A stretch of 64,000 nucleotides of DNA, taken from contig CAZAJT010000001.1 in assembly GCA_964485585.1 (NCBI GenBank), positions 150-64,149 on the forward strand. Direction: 5' to 3'. Source of the stretch: an uncultured Gammaproteobacteria bacterium (GTDB lineage Bacteria > Patescibacteriota > Microgenomatia > UBA1406 > GWC2-37-13). Of the stretch, positions 35,917 to 46,379 are shown in pieces. The notes beneath the pieces are model-generated. The model saw only the letters and a program-made list of their open reading frames with translations. It was not told the DNA's origin and made no database searches. Both the position numbers and the translations under genes were made by a program. Numbering within the stretch: position 1 is the stretch's first letter; each line of letters starts with the position of its first letter.

Positions 35917-36765
35917 ATGAAAGATTATTACGAAGTGTTGGGAGTCAATAAGAATGCTACTGCGGAAGAGATAAAGAAAGCGTATCGGAAACTCGCGCTT
36001 GAGTGGCATCCTGATCGAAATAAATCCACTGAGGCTGCTGCAAAGTTCAAAGAAATTAATAAAGCGTATGAGGTGCTTGCCGACCAGAAAAAGCGCGAGA
36101 TGTATGATCAACTGGGTCCTGAGGCGTTTGAGAGGACGGGCACAGGTGCAGGTGGAGCCTATCGTCAAGGTCCATTTACCTATACTTATTCATATGGTGG
36201 CCAGAATCCGTTTGAAGGAGTTGATTTCGAAGGATTTTCTGATCCCTTTGAGATCTTCGAACAATTTTTTGGATTCAGATCGCCTTTTGGCAGTCAGAGA
36301 AGACAACGAAGAAACATTTATAGGATAGAAGTTGATTTTAATGAAGCGGTGCATGGGGTAGAAAAAGAAGTCGCCATTGATGGGAAAAATAAAAAGATAA
36401 AAATTCCCGCAGGAGTCGATGATGGCAGTAGGATACGCTTCTCAGACTTTGATTTACTTATTGAGGTGCGGCCGCATCCCTATTTTAAGCGGCAAGGTCA
36501 AGATATTTATTATGGAAAAGCGATATCTTACTCCTTAGCTGCGCTTGGTGGCACTATTGAAGTGCCAACCATTCATAAAAACGTTACCTTGAAGGTGCGT
36601 CCCGGTACTCAATCTGGTACCACTGTACGTCTCCGTAGTCAAGGAGTTCCCTATCCTCATTCTACTCAACGGGGCGACCAGTATGTTATTATTACAGTGC
36701 ATGTGCCCGAAAGAGTTTCTTCAAAAGCAAAAAAACTATTAGAAGAGCTCGCTACTGAATTGTGA
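35917..36765 (+). CDS. dnaJ: DnaJ-family co-chaperone lacking the zinc-finger domain (CbpA-like, type II)
   Basis: J domain [13 protein letters not shown], a G/F-rich region and C-terminal substrate-binding domains. The protein contains no cysteine at all. Confidence 0.85.
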   Translation: MKDYYEVLGVNKNATAEEIKKAYRKLALEWHPDRNKSTEAAAKFKEINKAYEVLADQKKREMYDQLGPEAFERTGTGAGGAYRQGPFTYTYSYGGQNPFEGVDFEGFSDPFEIFEQFFGFRSPFGSQRRQRRNIYRIEVDFNEAVHGVEKEVAIDGKNKKIKIPAGVDDGSRIRFSDFDLLIEVRPHPYFKRQGQDIYYGKAISYSLAALGGTIEVPTIHKNVTLKVRPGTQSGTTVRLRSQGVPYPHSTQRGDQYVIITVHVPERVSSKAKKLLEELATEL

Positions 36766-37763
36766 ACATTACGACCAATATCGATAATCTTGAAAAGTAC
36801 AAAATAGTATTGAAAGTCGAGGAGACAACCCATCTTTTTTTCAAAAAACACGGATTTGTGAATGTCCACCTCCCGGTATTGTCACCGGCATTAATCCCAG
36901 AATCATATTTGGAAATATTTCAAACAGAGTTCTCCTATCATCAGAAAAGACAAAGGCTATTCTTAACTCCTTCGCCTGAACTATTTTTGAAGCGGCTCCT
37001 TGCTCATGGAATCGGTAATTGCTATTATCTTGGTAAATCATTCCGTAACGCTGAACCCGCTTCAAACTTACATTCATTTGAGTTTTGCTTACTAGAATTT
37101 TATAAAGTAGACGCCAACTATTTAGATATTGCCGATGAATTACTATTGCTTCTTCAAGAGTTGGCAGACAGTCTCTATGTATCGTCAGAAATTAAGTATC
37201 GAGGAAAAAGAATATCGTTATCACGTTGGGAACGTTTATCTGTTGCCGAAGCTTTTCAGAAGTATGCTAACATTTATTCATCTGATCTCTTTGATCCAAA
37301 TACATTGCGAGAAAAGGCACGGCAAAAAGGTTATAAAGTAGATGGGTTTTCCTATGAAGATATTTTTTCCCAGATATATGTGCAAGAAATTGAGCCGCAG
37401 CTTGGCGTGAGGGGATACCCGACACTCCTATATGATTATCCGAAACAATTTGCGGCGTTGGCGAAATTAAATAAGGATAAAAAAACAGCACAGCGATTCG
37501 AATTTTATATCGAAGGGATTGAATTAGGTGATTGTTATAGTGAATTAACCGATTGGAAAGAACAGGAGATGCGTTTTACCGAAGAAGTAGAGAAAAGGAA
37601 GCACGCCAACAAAATTCCACATACAATTGACAAGGGTTTTATCGAGACGTTACAATATGGACTCAATCCGTGTGCCGGAATAGCAATAGGGTTTGATCGA
37701 TTAGCGATGATTTTCGCAGATGCTACCTCCATACACGATCTGCAGCTTATATCAATACAATAA
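36762..37763 (+). CDS. epmA: EF-P lysine aminoacylase EpmA (GenX/PoxA, truncated LysRS paralogue)
   Basis: TSPE-like [42 protein letters not shown] and [13 protein letters not shown] parallel E. coli EpmA. The GTG start overlaps the dnaJ stop (GTGA). Confidence 0.75.
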   Translation: MNITTNIDNLEKYKIVLKVEETTHLFFKKHGFVNVHLPVLSPALIPESYLEIFQTEFSYHQKRQRLFLTPSPELFLKRLLAHGIGNCYYLGKSFRNAEPASNLHSFEFCLLEFYKVDANYLDIADELLLLLQELADSLYVSSEIKYRGKRISLSRWERLSVAEAFQKYANIYSSDLFDPNTLREKARQKGYKVDGFSYEDIFSQIYVQEIEPQLGVRGYPTLLYDYPKQFAALAKLNKDKKTAQRFEFYIEGIELGDCYSELTDWKEQEMRFTEEVEKRKHANKIPHTIDKGFIETLQYGLNPCAGIAIGFDRLAMIFADATSIHDLQLISIQ

Positions 37764-37769
37764 CTAATA

Positions 37770-38351
37770 ATGAGGACAAGCGCTGGCAATCTAAAAAAAG
37801 GTGAATTTATTCTCTATCAAAATGAAGTATGGCAGGTGCAAAAGGCTGATTTCTACTCTCCCGGTAAAGGATCAGCACTCATGAAGACCCGCCTAAAAAA
37901 TGTAATTTCAGGGAAAAATATCGATTACACATTCAAGTCGAATGAGGATGTTGACGAGCTAAATGTTTTGAGTATTGAGATGCAGTACTTATATAAGGAT
38001 GTTGAATATTACTACTTTATGGATGAGCGCAATTATAATCAATACTCAGTCCTCGGTTCGGTAATTGGAGCGGTAGGAAAGTTTTTCAAAGAAGGTAATA
38101 AATATTATGTATACGTGTACAATGATAAAGCCTTAAGTGTGCGGCCTCCTTTGAGTGTTCGATTGCAGGTTATTGAGGCAGAAGAAGCAATAAGAGGAGA
38201 TACTGTTTCTGGAGCAAAAAAACCAGCTCTCATTGAGACAGGAGCACGAATTATGGTTCCTCTCTTTGTGAAGAAAGGAGATGTGATTGTGATCAATCCC
38301 GAAACAGGAGAGTATATTGAGAGAGTAAAGAGTGAAGATGTTAGGTCTTAG
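37770..38351 (+). CDS. efp: elongation factor P
   Basis: LKKGEFILYQNEVWQV....SPGKGSALMKTRLKN, with the conserved loop lysine present. Confidence 0.92.
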   Translation: MRTSAGNLKKGEFILYQNEVWQVQKADFYSPGKGSALMKTRLKNVISGKNIDYTFKSNEDVDELNVLSIEMQYLYKDVEYYYFMDERNYNQYSVLGSVIGAVGKFFKEGNKYYVYVYNDKALSVRPPLSVRLQVIEAEEAIRGDTVSGAKKPALIETGARIMVPLFVKKGDVIVINPETGEYIERVKSEDVRS

Positions 38352-38372
38352 ATGTTGGATATTAGATCTTTT

Positions 38373-38996
38373 TGCATGATATCAGTAGGAACATTATTAA
38401 AAGAAGAGCGGGTAAAAAAGGGATTATCCTTGCGTACTGTTGAAAAATCAATACGGGTACGAGAAAAATTTCTGAAATCTATAGAGGAGAATGATTGGAA
38501 TGCATTTTCCTCAGAGATATACATAACCGGAATATTATCAAATTATGCAAAATTTTTAAGCGTAGATAAACAAAAAGTCATTGCGTTTTTCCGCAGAGAT
38601 TACGAGAGGCGTGATGATTTAAGCTTTAAGAAATCCATCTCTTCTCATCATTTTACTCCCCAGACCAAGCGCCTAGTTTACGGTGGTATAGTAGCGGTAC
38701 TTGCGATCTTTCTTTTCTATTTTGGTTATCAGCTCAAGCAGTTCTTATCTCCCCCCTCTATTACCATTATGGCTCCGATGACCAATCGTTTTCGATCAAT
38801 TGACAATGTTGTTATACGGGGAAAAACCGAAAAAGAAGCAAGTATCACCATATTTGGTGAAAGAATTTATCCAAATAAAGATGGTGTATTTGAATATGTG
38901 TTACCGCTTCATACGGGGAAAAATGAACTTATTATCGAAGTAATTGGCGGAAACGGTAAGAAGAATGTGGTAAGGAAAGAATTTGTTAAGGAGTAA
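38373..38996 (+). CDS. HTH (XRE-type) + single-TM protein, RodZ-like
   Basis: MISVGTLLKEERVKKGLSLRTVEKSIRVREKFLKSIEEN, then a TM segment (VYGGIVAVLAIFLFYFGY) and a C-terminal beta-rich domain. Confidence 0.6.
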   Translation, partial: CMISVGTLLKEERVKKGLSLRTVEKSIRVREKFLKSIEENDWNAFSSEIYITGILSNYAKFLSVDKQKVIAFFRRDYERRDDLSFKKSISSHHFTPQTKRLVYGGIVAVLAIFLFYFGYQLKQFLSPPSITIMAPMTNRFRSIDNVVIRGKTEKEASITIFGERIYPNKDGVFEYVLPLHTGKNELIIEVIGGNGKKNVVRKEFVKE

Positions 38997-40269
38997 ATAT
39001 TTTACGTAAATCTTTTACCGTTCTTATATTTTTAGAAGAATACACCGTTTGAAACGTAAGTCTTCTTGCTTCAGAAATTATTTTTTCTTCAAAGGGGATC
39101 ATGCGTATCTCTCCTAGTAATCCAACCTCTCCAATAAATAATGTTTTTGTGGGTAATGCGACATTTTTAATAGACGATATAATCGCCGCGATGATCCCTA
39201 GGTCAGCGGCAGTTGATTTAATATCAACACCTCCGACTACATTTACATAAATATCAAAAGTATCAAGAGAAAGATTTAAGTTTTTTCTGAGAACAGCAAG
39301 CAAAAGCAACACTTTATTGTAATCCACTCCTTTTACCACCCTTCTTGGTATTGCGAGCATAGTGTTTGATGCAAGTGCCTGAATCTCAAAAAATAATGGA
39401 CGCTTTCCTTCAATGATGCCAACAATTGCTTTTCCCGAAACTTTCTCATTACTCTGGTCCAAAAAGGCGAGAGGATTATCGACCGCTACGAGTCCTTCAT
39501 TCTTCATCTCAAAAATACCGATTTCTTCTGTTGACCCAAACCGATTTTTTTGTGCTCTCAAAACCCGAAAATGTGATACTTTTTCACCTTCGAAAGAAAG
39601 CACCACGTCAACCATATGTTCCAATGTTTTTGGTCCGGCGATGTCGCCTTCTTTTGTGACGTGGCCGACGATAATGATCGGAATATGTTTTGTTTTCGCC
39701 ATCTTAATAAGTTGACTTGTCGTTTCTCTCAACTGAGTTATTGCGCCAGATGGACTATCAATCATCTTAGAGTATATTGTTTGAACGGAATCAACAACGA
39801 CAATATCAATTTTTTTCTCAAGATCTTCAACACCTTCAATAATACCTTCAACCTGTAGCGTATCAGAGAAAAGGAAATGACTCAGATCAGTCTTTAATCG
39901 GCTTGCCCGATCTTTCACCTGTCCTGCGGTTTCTTCTCCGGAAATATACAGAACGGTTAGATTTTGCAGTGATTGTAAGAGTAGGGTTGACTTGCCGATT
40001 CCCGGCTCTCCTGTTAATAGAATCACAGCTCCCGGGATAATCCCTCCACCTACTACTCGATCAAATTCAAATATTCCAGTACTTTTCCTTCCTTTCACAA
40101 TAGACTGTGTTTTGGATAAAGGAGTTATCGATAATTTCGCTACCGACTCTTTGGATTTTCGCTCTTTTCCCCCCCGCTGTTCTTTGAGGGTGTTCCATTG
40201 TCCACAGTCAGGACAACGCCCCATCCATGATGCGGTACCGAATCCACAGTTTGAGCAAACGTATAACAT
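38986..40269 (-). CDS. radA: DNA repair protein RadA/Sms
   Basis: An N-terminal zinc finger (CSNCG..CPDCG), Walker A GEPGIGKST, KNRFG, and a Lon-like C-terminal domain. Confidence 0.92.
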   Translation of the reverse strand: MLYVCSNCGFGTASWMGRCPDCGQWNTLKEQRGGKERKSKESVAKLSITPLSKTQSIVKGRKSTGIFEFDRVVGGGIIPGAVILLTGEPGIGKSTLLLQSLQNLTVLYISGEETAGQVKDRASRLKTDLSHFLFSDTLQVEGIIEGVEDLEKKIDIVVVDSVQTIYSKMIDSPSGAITQLRETTSQLIKMAKTKHIPIIIVGHVTKEGDIAGPKTLEHMVDVVLSFEGEKVSHFRVLRAQKNRFGSTEEIGIFEMKNEGLVAVDNPLAFLDQSNEKVSGKAIVGIIEGKRPLFFEIQALASNTMLAIPRRVVKGVDYNKVLLLLAVLRKNLNLSLDTFDIYVNVVGGVDIKSTAADLGIIAAIISSIKNVALPTKTLFIGEVGLLGEIRMIPFEEKIISEARRLTFQTVYSSKNIRTVKDLRKIFTP

Positions 40270-40293
40270 AGCATTTATGTCCCCGATCTTAAA

Positions 40294-42015
40294 TTACATT
40301 CTCTCGACAACTTCAATTCCCAGAAGATGCAATCCATTTTTCAGAATTTGCGCCGTAGCATTTGTTATTACCAATCGTAACTGTCTTTGTTCATCTTTTG
40401 CCTTGAGAATCGGATATTTCTGATAAAAAAGATTATATCGTTGGGCTAAGCTATAGAGATAGTTACAAATAAGATGAGGGGAGAGCGATTGGGTTGCTTC
40501 AACTACAATTTCTGGAAAGTAAATTACTGTACGAGTTAGCAATAATTCCTCACTGCCTATATTACCTTGAGATAGCGATGTCTGAATACCAGCATCACCC
40601 GCATTTCTTAAGACCGATCGACAACGTGCGTAGGTGTATTGCAGATAGGGACCGGAATTTCCTTCAAACGCCAGCGATTCGTCAAAATCAAAAATGACAT
40701 CTTTTCCGATACTCGATTTCAATAACGAATATTTTACTGCTGCAATCGAGACTTTTTCACTTACAGTATCAATGTCCTCAGGAGATATTTTATTACTTTT
40801 CTCAATAATATTTTTGAGTCTCAGTTTGGTTTCATTAAGCAAAGATTCACCAGTAATAATATTGCCTTTTCTGCTTGACATCTTACCCTCTGGAAGGCGT
40901 ACCATACCATGCGATATGTGTTTGGTTTTTTTTCGTAGCTCAGGATTGAGAAACTCGAGTACCTTCAAAACAACCTGAAAGTATTCATTGATTTCGTTAC
41001 CGGTGACAACAATAGATATATCGTAAGGGAACTGTTCATGTTTCATTGGGGCTAAAGCTAGGTCTTTAGCCTCATACGTTGGTAATCCAAGAGAGTTGAT
41101 AAATACACGAGTATGCAGACCGTATTTTTCACCTCTAAATATAGTTGCGCCGTCACTTTGTTCAAAGAGATCTGCATGCTTTTTTACAATTTGCAATCCT
41201 CGCTCGCCAACTTCCCGTTCAAAAAAGTAGTAATCAAACGATGTTCCGAGTCGTTTGTAAATCGTCTCAAAATATTCCAGACTCCACTGGCGACCCTTCT
41301 GGTACAGTTCCTGAATCTCAGAATCAAGCGCGTAGATCTTTTTATTCAGCAGTTTTGTTTCTTCCTGAACTGTTTCGTCTTTTTCATATTGCTGGGTACC
41401 AAACGCATAGGCTTCTCCCATGAATCTCACCCGTTCTTGGAGATGTTTCCTTTGTAAATCTTCAAGCGAAATATTCTCATCATGCATTTTTCTTTGCATT
41501 CCCCAGATAGATTTTGCCACATGCATCCCAACGTCGCCCTGATAATTTGCCCTCTTCACGTTGGCGCCAACCGCCTCGTGCAGTCGAACGAGCGATTCTC
41601 CTACGATATTGCTATAAAGATGGCCTATATGAAACTCTTTAAAAGGGTTCGGGTCGGTATATTCGACCATGACATTCTCCCCTGCGAATAACTGACTTCT
41701 CCCATAAGAATCCGTAGATTTTAGGATCGAATGAAGTCTCTCCAGTAGAGTCTGTTGGGAAACCCAGAAATTAATAAACCCGGGTTTTATCACATCAATT
41801 TTTTCTATAAGGTTATTATCAGCGGTGTTTTTTTTAATTTCCAAAGCGACCTCAATCGGGTTACGCTTCAACGTTTTAGAAACTTTAAGCGCAATACTTG
41901 TTGAGTAATCGCCAAAATCAGGATTCGCCGGTCGTTCCAACTCAACCTTTTCTTCCGTCACACCGACTCTAACAAGCGCCTCCTGTAATTTTTCTAAGAT
42001 TTTATCTCTAATCAT
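40294..42015 (-). CDS. argS: arginyl-tRNA synthetase
   Basis: NPFKEFHIGHL (HIGH) and MSSRKG (KMSK-like). The start is taken at MIRDKILEKL; the upstream part of the track ORF is a basic low-complexity read-through. Confidence 0.9.
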   Translation of the reverse strand: MIRDKILEKLQEALVRVGVTEEKVELERPANPDFGDYSTSIALKVSKTLKRNPIEVALEIKKNTADNNLIEKIDVIKPGFINFWVSQQTLLERLHSILKSTDSYGRSQLFAGENVMVEYTDPNPFKEFHIGHLYSNIVGESLVRLHEAVGANVKRANYQGDVGMHVAKSIWGMQRKMHDENISLEDLQRKHLQERVRFMGEAYAFGTQQYEKDETVQEETKLLNKKIYALDSEIQELYQKGRQWSLEYFETIYKRLGTSFDYYFFEREVGERGLQIVKKHADLFEQSDGATIFRGEKYGLHTRVFINSLGLPTYEAKDLALAPMKHEQFPYDISIVVTGNEINEYFQVVLKVLEFLNPELRKKTKHISHGMVRLPEGKMSSRKGNIITGESLLNETKLRLKNIIEKSNKISPEDIDTVSEKVSIAAVKYSLLKSSIGKDVIFDFDESLAFEGNSGPYLQYTYARCRSVLRNAGDAGIQTSLSQGNIGSEELLLTRTVIYFPEIVVEATQSLSPHLICNYLYSLAQRYNLFYQKYPILKAKDEQRQLRLVITNATAQILKNGLHLLGIEVVERM

Positions 42016-42085
42016 GTGGTTATTATGATACCATAATGAACCTTGCAATACGAAGAATCGTTTTTTACAATTAATAAGCTTATAT

Positions 42086-42952
42086 ATGGGAAGAAAACTA
42101 TTCTTATTAGGTTTTTTATGCTTGCTTTTTCTCGGATTTGTTGGTTTTAAGTTTATCCTTCTCAATGCTCAGGATACCTTCGGAAAGATCCGTGTTGTTT
42201 CTTCTCCTTCGTCTACGATATTCATTGATAATATTGCGGTTGGAAAAACACCTTATGAAGAAAAAATCAAGATTGGGGAATATCTTGTCAAATTAATTCC
42301 CGAAGCCACTGCTACTCAAACAGCATCATGGCAGGGGAAAGTACGCATCTTCAAAAATGCTCTTTCTTACATCAATAGAGAGCTTGGTCCCACCGATCTC
42401 GCCTCTGCCGGAGAGATACTGACAGTCACAAAAATGGAAAAAACCACGAATCCAAACTACGGGGAAATATTTATAGAAACAGAACCGAGCGGCTCGATTG
42501 TATATCTGGATAATGATGAAAAAGGAGTTTCGCCAGCGATATTAGCAGATGTGGTAAAAGGAGACCACGAATTATCAGTATTTATGCCAGGGTTTTTACG
42601 ACGGACCGAAAAGATTAAAGTAGAACCAGGGTATCGGGTAAACACGCATTTTAAGCTCGCGATCGACCCGAATCAGCAAAAAATTCCTACAGACGAACCG
42701 GCGGAGGAAGCTACTAAAAGCGCTACCCAAAGCTCTACTACTAACAAGTTTCTCATCACTATAAAAGACACGCCAACCGGTTTCCTCCGGGTGCGGGAAG
42801 AGCCATCGATATCTGCTTCAGAATCCGGGAGAGTAAAGCCGGGAGACACCTTTGACTTACTGGATGAAAAAGAAGGGTGGTATAAGATTGTGTTTGAGAA
42901 AAATAAACAAGGGTGGGTATATTCGCAATATGCCGATAAAGAGAAGAAATAA
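42086..42952 (+). CDS. PEGA-domain + SH3b-domain envelope protein
   Basis: Two PEGA-like repeats (VVSSPSSTIFIDNIAVGKTPYE; IETEPSGSIVYLDNDEKGVSP) and a C-terminal GWYKIVFEKNKQGWVYSQY SH3b motif. Confidence 0.65.
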   Translation: MGRKLFLLGFLCLLFLGFVGFKFILLNAQDTFGKIRVVSSPSSTIFIDNIAVGKTPYEEKIKIGEYLVKLIPEATATQTASWQGKVRIFKNALSYINRELGPTDLASAGEILTVTKMEKTTNPNYGEIFIETEPSGSIVYLDNDEKGVSPAILADVVKGDHELSVFMPGFLRRTEKIKVEPGYRVNTHFKLAIDPNQQKIPTDEPAEEATKSATQSSTTNKFLITIKDTPTGFLRVREEPSISASESGRVKPGDTFDLLDEKEGWYKIVFEKNKQGWVYSQYADKEKK

Positions 42953-42957
42953 TTCTT

Positions 42958-44103
42958 CTATCTTTGTCGTCTCCATATCACTTTATTGTAGACAATGTAT
43001 GAGTAAGGAATGACCAAAAGAACAATGATGAAGATCTTATACAGAATCCATGAATGAAAGGGAAAATTTACCGTGGGGAACCGAATGACGTAGTCCCCAA
43101 ACACTTTCAAAGCCAAAAGCATACCAATCCATTGAATAAAGATCGATCCTGATGCAACAATGTTGAATGCCAACAATTTTCGTATATAGGTAAAAATTCC
43201 TCCCGCAATTTTTTTATGAGCAAAACTCCAGAAATTATTGAGCAGAAAGTTGGAGACTATGGTGATTTCTGCACTCATGGCGTTGGCAGTAGGTTTCGCA
43301 ATACCCAACGAATAGATAAAGAAGTATGCAAAAGTGAAATCAATGATGAAACCAACTGATCCAACGATAATAAACTTAACAAATGATGAATGGGTAAAAA
43401 CATAGAGGAGCGTTTGAATAATGGTCTGAAGAGAGTTAATCTTTGATTGGCCATACGTCCTATCTTTAAACCGTATTGGAGTTTCAGCTATGATAGCGTG
43501 TTTCTTGAGAGCAAAGTCTAGGAGTGCAACCTGAAATACATAGCCTGTGTAGTTTCGGATATGAGGAATGGATTCCTTGATAATCCATGATTTAATTGCT
43601 CTATATCCTCCCGTCCAGTCAGTAATTCGTGGCTTGGCAAACAGAATGCGAATGACAATATTCCCGAGCACTGACAAAATTTTGCGGTGTATGCCCCAGT
43701 TGCTGGGAATGGAACCGTATTTTGTGTAACGTGAGCCAAGAACAAAATCAGCTCCTTGTTCAATTTCTTTAAGAAAATCAGGAATTTTCTTAGGATCGTG
43801 AGATAAGTCAGCGTCCATCTCGAAGATTAAATACGGATGCAGTTTTTCTAAAGCGTGATTAAATCCATGTATATACGCTTTCCCTAATCCTTCCCTCCTT
43901 GTTTGAATAAGATGCACTCTCTGGTAGTTTTTCTGAAGCTCTTTAATAGTTGCGATCGTGCTATCTATGGATTCACTGTCTACAACCAGCACGTGTATCT
44001 CCCAATTTTGATTTGCTTTCGTATAAAGGAATATAGATTCTATAAGTTCCTTGATGGTCCCGGATTCGTTGATGGTAGGAAGAATAATAACTGCTTTTTT
44101 CAT
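42958..44103 (-). CDS. GT2 polyprenol-phosphate glycosyltransferase (Dpm1/PpmS-like) fused to a GtrA-like membrane domain
   Basis: ILPTINE, VVDSESIDST, EMDADLSHDP, then a C-terminal 4-TM region with a GtrA-like FxxVGxxGxxIDF pattern. Confidence 0.75.
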   Translation of the reverse strand: MKKAVIILPTINESGTIKELIESIFLYTKANQNWEIHVLVVDSESIDSTIATIKELQKNYQRVHLIQTRREGLGKAYIHGFNHALEKLHPYLIFEMDADLSHDPKKIPDFLKEIEQGADFVLGSRYTKYGSIPSNWGIHRKILSVLGNIVIRILFAKPRITDWTGGYRAIKSWIIKESIPHIRNYTGYVFQVALLDFALKKHAIIAETPIRFKDRTYGQSKINSLQTIIQTLLYVFTHSSFVKFIIVGSVGFIIDFTFAYFFIYSLGIAKPTANAMSAEITIVSNFLLNNFWSFAHKKIAGGIFTYIRKLLAFNIVASGSIFIQWIGMLLALKVFGDYVIRFPTVNFPFHSWILYKIFIIVLLVIPYSYIVYNKVIWRRQR

Positions 44104-45044
44104 GCAAATCGCTCCTTAAAATAGGCAATGGTTTTTTGGAGTCCTTTTTCCAATGATACCTGAGGATTCCATCCTAATAAGCGCTTCGCTTTTGTGATGT
44201 CTGGTTTTCTTTTCTTTGGGTCGTCAGAATCAATAGGCTGAAAGATGATTTTCGACTGCGTTTTCGTCATGATTTGTACAATGCTTGCAAGCTCATTTAT
44301 TGTTTTTTCGTCTGGGTTGCCCACATTAATAACTTCTCCGTCTATGTTTGGTATCTTTGCAAGTAGGACAATAGCGCGTACCATATCATCAACATAACAG
44401 AACGAACGGGTTTGTGTACCGTCTCCGTATACCGTGACTGGCTGATTAGTGATCGATTGCATGATGAAATTTGAAATAACACGTCCGTCATCTTTTTCCA
44501 TATTCGGTCCATACGTATTAAAAATTCTTGCGATTCTTAGCGGCAGGTGATACTTTCGAAAATATGCTATGGTAAGAGCTTCGGCAAATCGTTTTGCCTC
44601 ATCATAACAAGAACGTATCCCAACGGGATTGACGTTTCCCCAATATTCCTCAGTTTGGGGATGTATCAGAGGATCGCCGTAGGCTTCTGAAGTTGAAGCC
44701 TCCACAAAGATAGTGCGGGGAGAATTTTTGCAGAATTCCAATAATTTTTGGGTGCCTAAAGCATTAGTCATCAGTGTTTCTATCGAGTGTTTTTTATACT
44801 GAACAGGAGATGCCGGAGACGCTAAATTATAAACTATGCTGATAGACGGAAGCTGAGAGTAATCAAATTCTGCAATGTCAGCTTTAAAAAAAATGGCACG
44901 ATTGGTTGCAACAAGAGATTTAATGTTTTCTTCAGAGCCAGTAATCAGATTATCTATGATAAATACTGTATCGTTTTGATCACTATGATAGCTGGCAAGA
45001 TTTGATCCGATGAAGCCGGCGCCTCCTGTAATTACTATATTCAT
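44100..45044 (-). CDS. UDP-glucuronate decarboxylase (UDP-xylose synthase)
   Basis: TGGAGFIGS, STSEAYGDPLIHPQTEEYWGNVNPVGIRSCYDEAKR, RIFNTYGPNM..DGRVISNF. Confidence 0.85.
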   Translation of the reverse strand: MNIVITGGAGFIGSNLASYHSDQNDTVFIIDNLITGSEENIKSLVATNRAIFFKADIAEFDYSQLPSISIVYNLASPASPVQYKKHSIETLMTNALGTQKLLEFCKNSPRTIFVEASTSEAYGDPLIHPQTEEYWGNVNPVGIRSCYDEAKRFAEALTIAYFRKYHLPLRIARIFNTYGPNMEKDDGRVISNFIMQSITNQPVTVYGDGTQTRSFCYVDDMVRAIVLLAKIPNIDGEVINVGNPDEKTINELASIVQIMTKTQSKIIFQPIDSDDPKKRKPDITKAKRLLGWNPQVSLEKGLQKTIAYFKERFA

Positions 45045-45049
45045 ACCAT

Positions 45050-46348
45050 TTATCCAACTAGTTTTCTTCCTGTGGAGATATAAGTAAAACCAAGTTTCTT
45101 TACAGAATCAGGCTGATAGATATTCCTTCCGTCTATAATAATAGGGTCTTTCATAAGAGATTTCACTTTCTGCAAGTCGGCCTGCTTAAACTCATTCCAT
45201 TCAGTAAGGATACAGAGAACGTTCGCGTTACTAACGCAGTCATACATGTTGTCTGAATACCGTATCTTTTCTCCGAATAGTTTTCTAATATTTTCTTCTG
45301 CTGCGGCATCATATGTTGCAATCCGATAGCCTCGATTTAGCAGTTCTTGGATAATAAACTGCGAAGAAGCTGCACGGATATCATCGGTGTCCGGTTTAAA
45401 ACTCAATCCCCAAATGGCGATAGATTTTCCTTTGGTGTTGATAAGTATTTTTTCAAGAAAATTTTTTCGAGCATCTTCGTTTATTTTTTCTACCGTCTCC
45501 AACAATGTAGCGTCAATACCAAAACTTTTTCCGGTATGAATGAGAGCGTTTACATCTTTTGGCAAACATGAGCCGCCATAGCCGACGCCGGGGTACATGA
45601 AGATTCTTCCGATTCGTTTATCTAATCCAACCGCATCAAGCACGGTTTCAACATCGGCGCCGGTTTTCTCGCAATAAAAAGATATAAGATTTGCAAACGA
45701 TATCTTTGTAGCAAGCATTGCGTTTGCTGTATACTTAATGAGTTCTGCTGAAGCAAGATCGGTAATCACCCGTTCGCCAGATAAGGGTTTATGAAGCTCA
45801 AGAAGTAAGTTTATTGCTTTTTTGTTGTCTGAGCCAATGACGACTCTATCGGGATGGAGAGTATCTGTAAGAGCGGTGCCTTCACGAAGGAATTCAGGGC
45901 AAGACGCAATGCCAACTTCAGCATTCGAAGGCTTCTTTTTAAGAAGAATTTCTTCAACTTTTTTATTGGTGCCCACGAGTACCGTGCTTTTGCATGATAC
46001 GACAGTAAAGCCTTTTTTTAGATGTTTTCCGATTTGAGTCGCAACCTCAAATACAGCGCTTAAGTCTGCTTCACCATTTTTTGCAGGAGGCGTGCCAACG
46101 GTAATAAAAACAATATCTGATTGCCCAATTGCCTTTTCGTAATTAAGTACAAAATGAAGTCGCTGTGCTCTGAGATTTTTTTCAAGCAGTTCTTTTAATC
46201 CCGGTTCATAGATAATGGGGTCGCCTTGCTTCAACTGTTCAATTTTTTTCTTCGTGTGTCCGATGACCCAGACATCATTACCAAAATCTGCAAATACACA
46301 CGCGGTCACCAATCCCACATATCCATGTCCTATAATTGAAAGCGTCAT
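45050..46348 (-). CDS. ugd: UDP-glucose 6-dehydrogenase
   Basis: IIGHGYVGL, GGSCLPKD (catalytic Cys) and GLSFKPDTDD. Confidence 0.9.
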   Translation of the reverse strand: MTLSIIGHGYVGLVTACVFADFGNDVWVIGHTKKKIEQLKQGDPIIYEPGLKELLEKNLRAQRLHFVLNYEKAIGQSDIVFITVGTPPAKNGEADLSAVFEVATQIGKHLKKGFTVVSCKSTVLVGTNKKVEEILLKKKPSNAEVGIASCPEFLREGTALTDTLHPDRVVIGSDNKKAINLLLELHKPLSGERVITDLASAELIKYTANAMLATKISFANLISFYCEKTGADVETVLDAVGLDKRIGRIFMYPGVGYGGSCLPKDVNALIHTGKSFGIDATLLETVEKINEDARKNFLEKILINTKGKSIAIWGLSFKPDTDDIRAASSQFIIQELLNRGYRIATYDAAAEENIRKLFGEKIRYSDNMYDCVSNANVLCILTEWNEFKQADLQKVKSLMKDPIIIDGRNIYQPDSVKKLGFTYISTGRKLVG

Positions 46349-46379
46349 AAGCTCTTATGATATAAAAAAATAGCCATAA

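Noticed and set aside
42016-42165. N-terminal extensions of track ORFs (argS 42016-42165; aspS 9560-9601; thpR 20716-20784; hrcA 32655-32690; glyA 52284-52319)
   Set aside because: The extensions are basic or low-complexity, overlap repeats, promoters or neighbouring genes, and precede methionines that match the conserved N-termini of the families.
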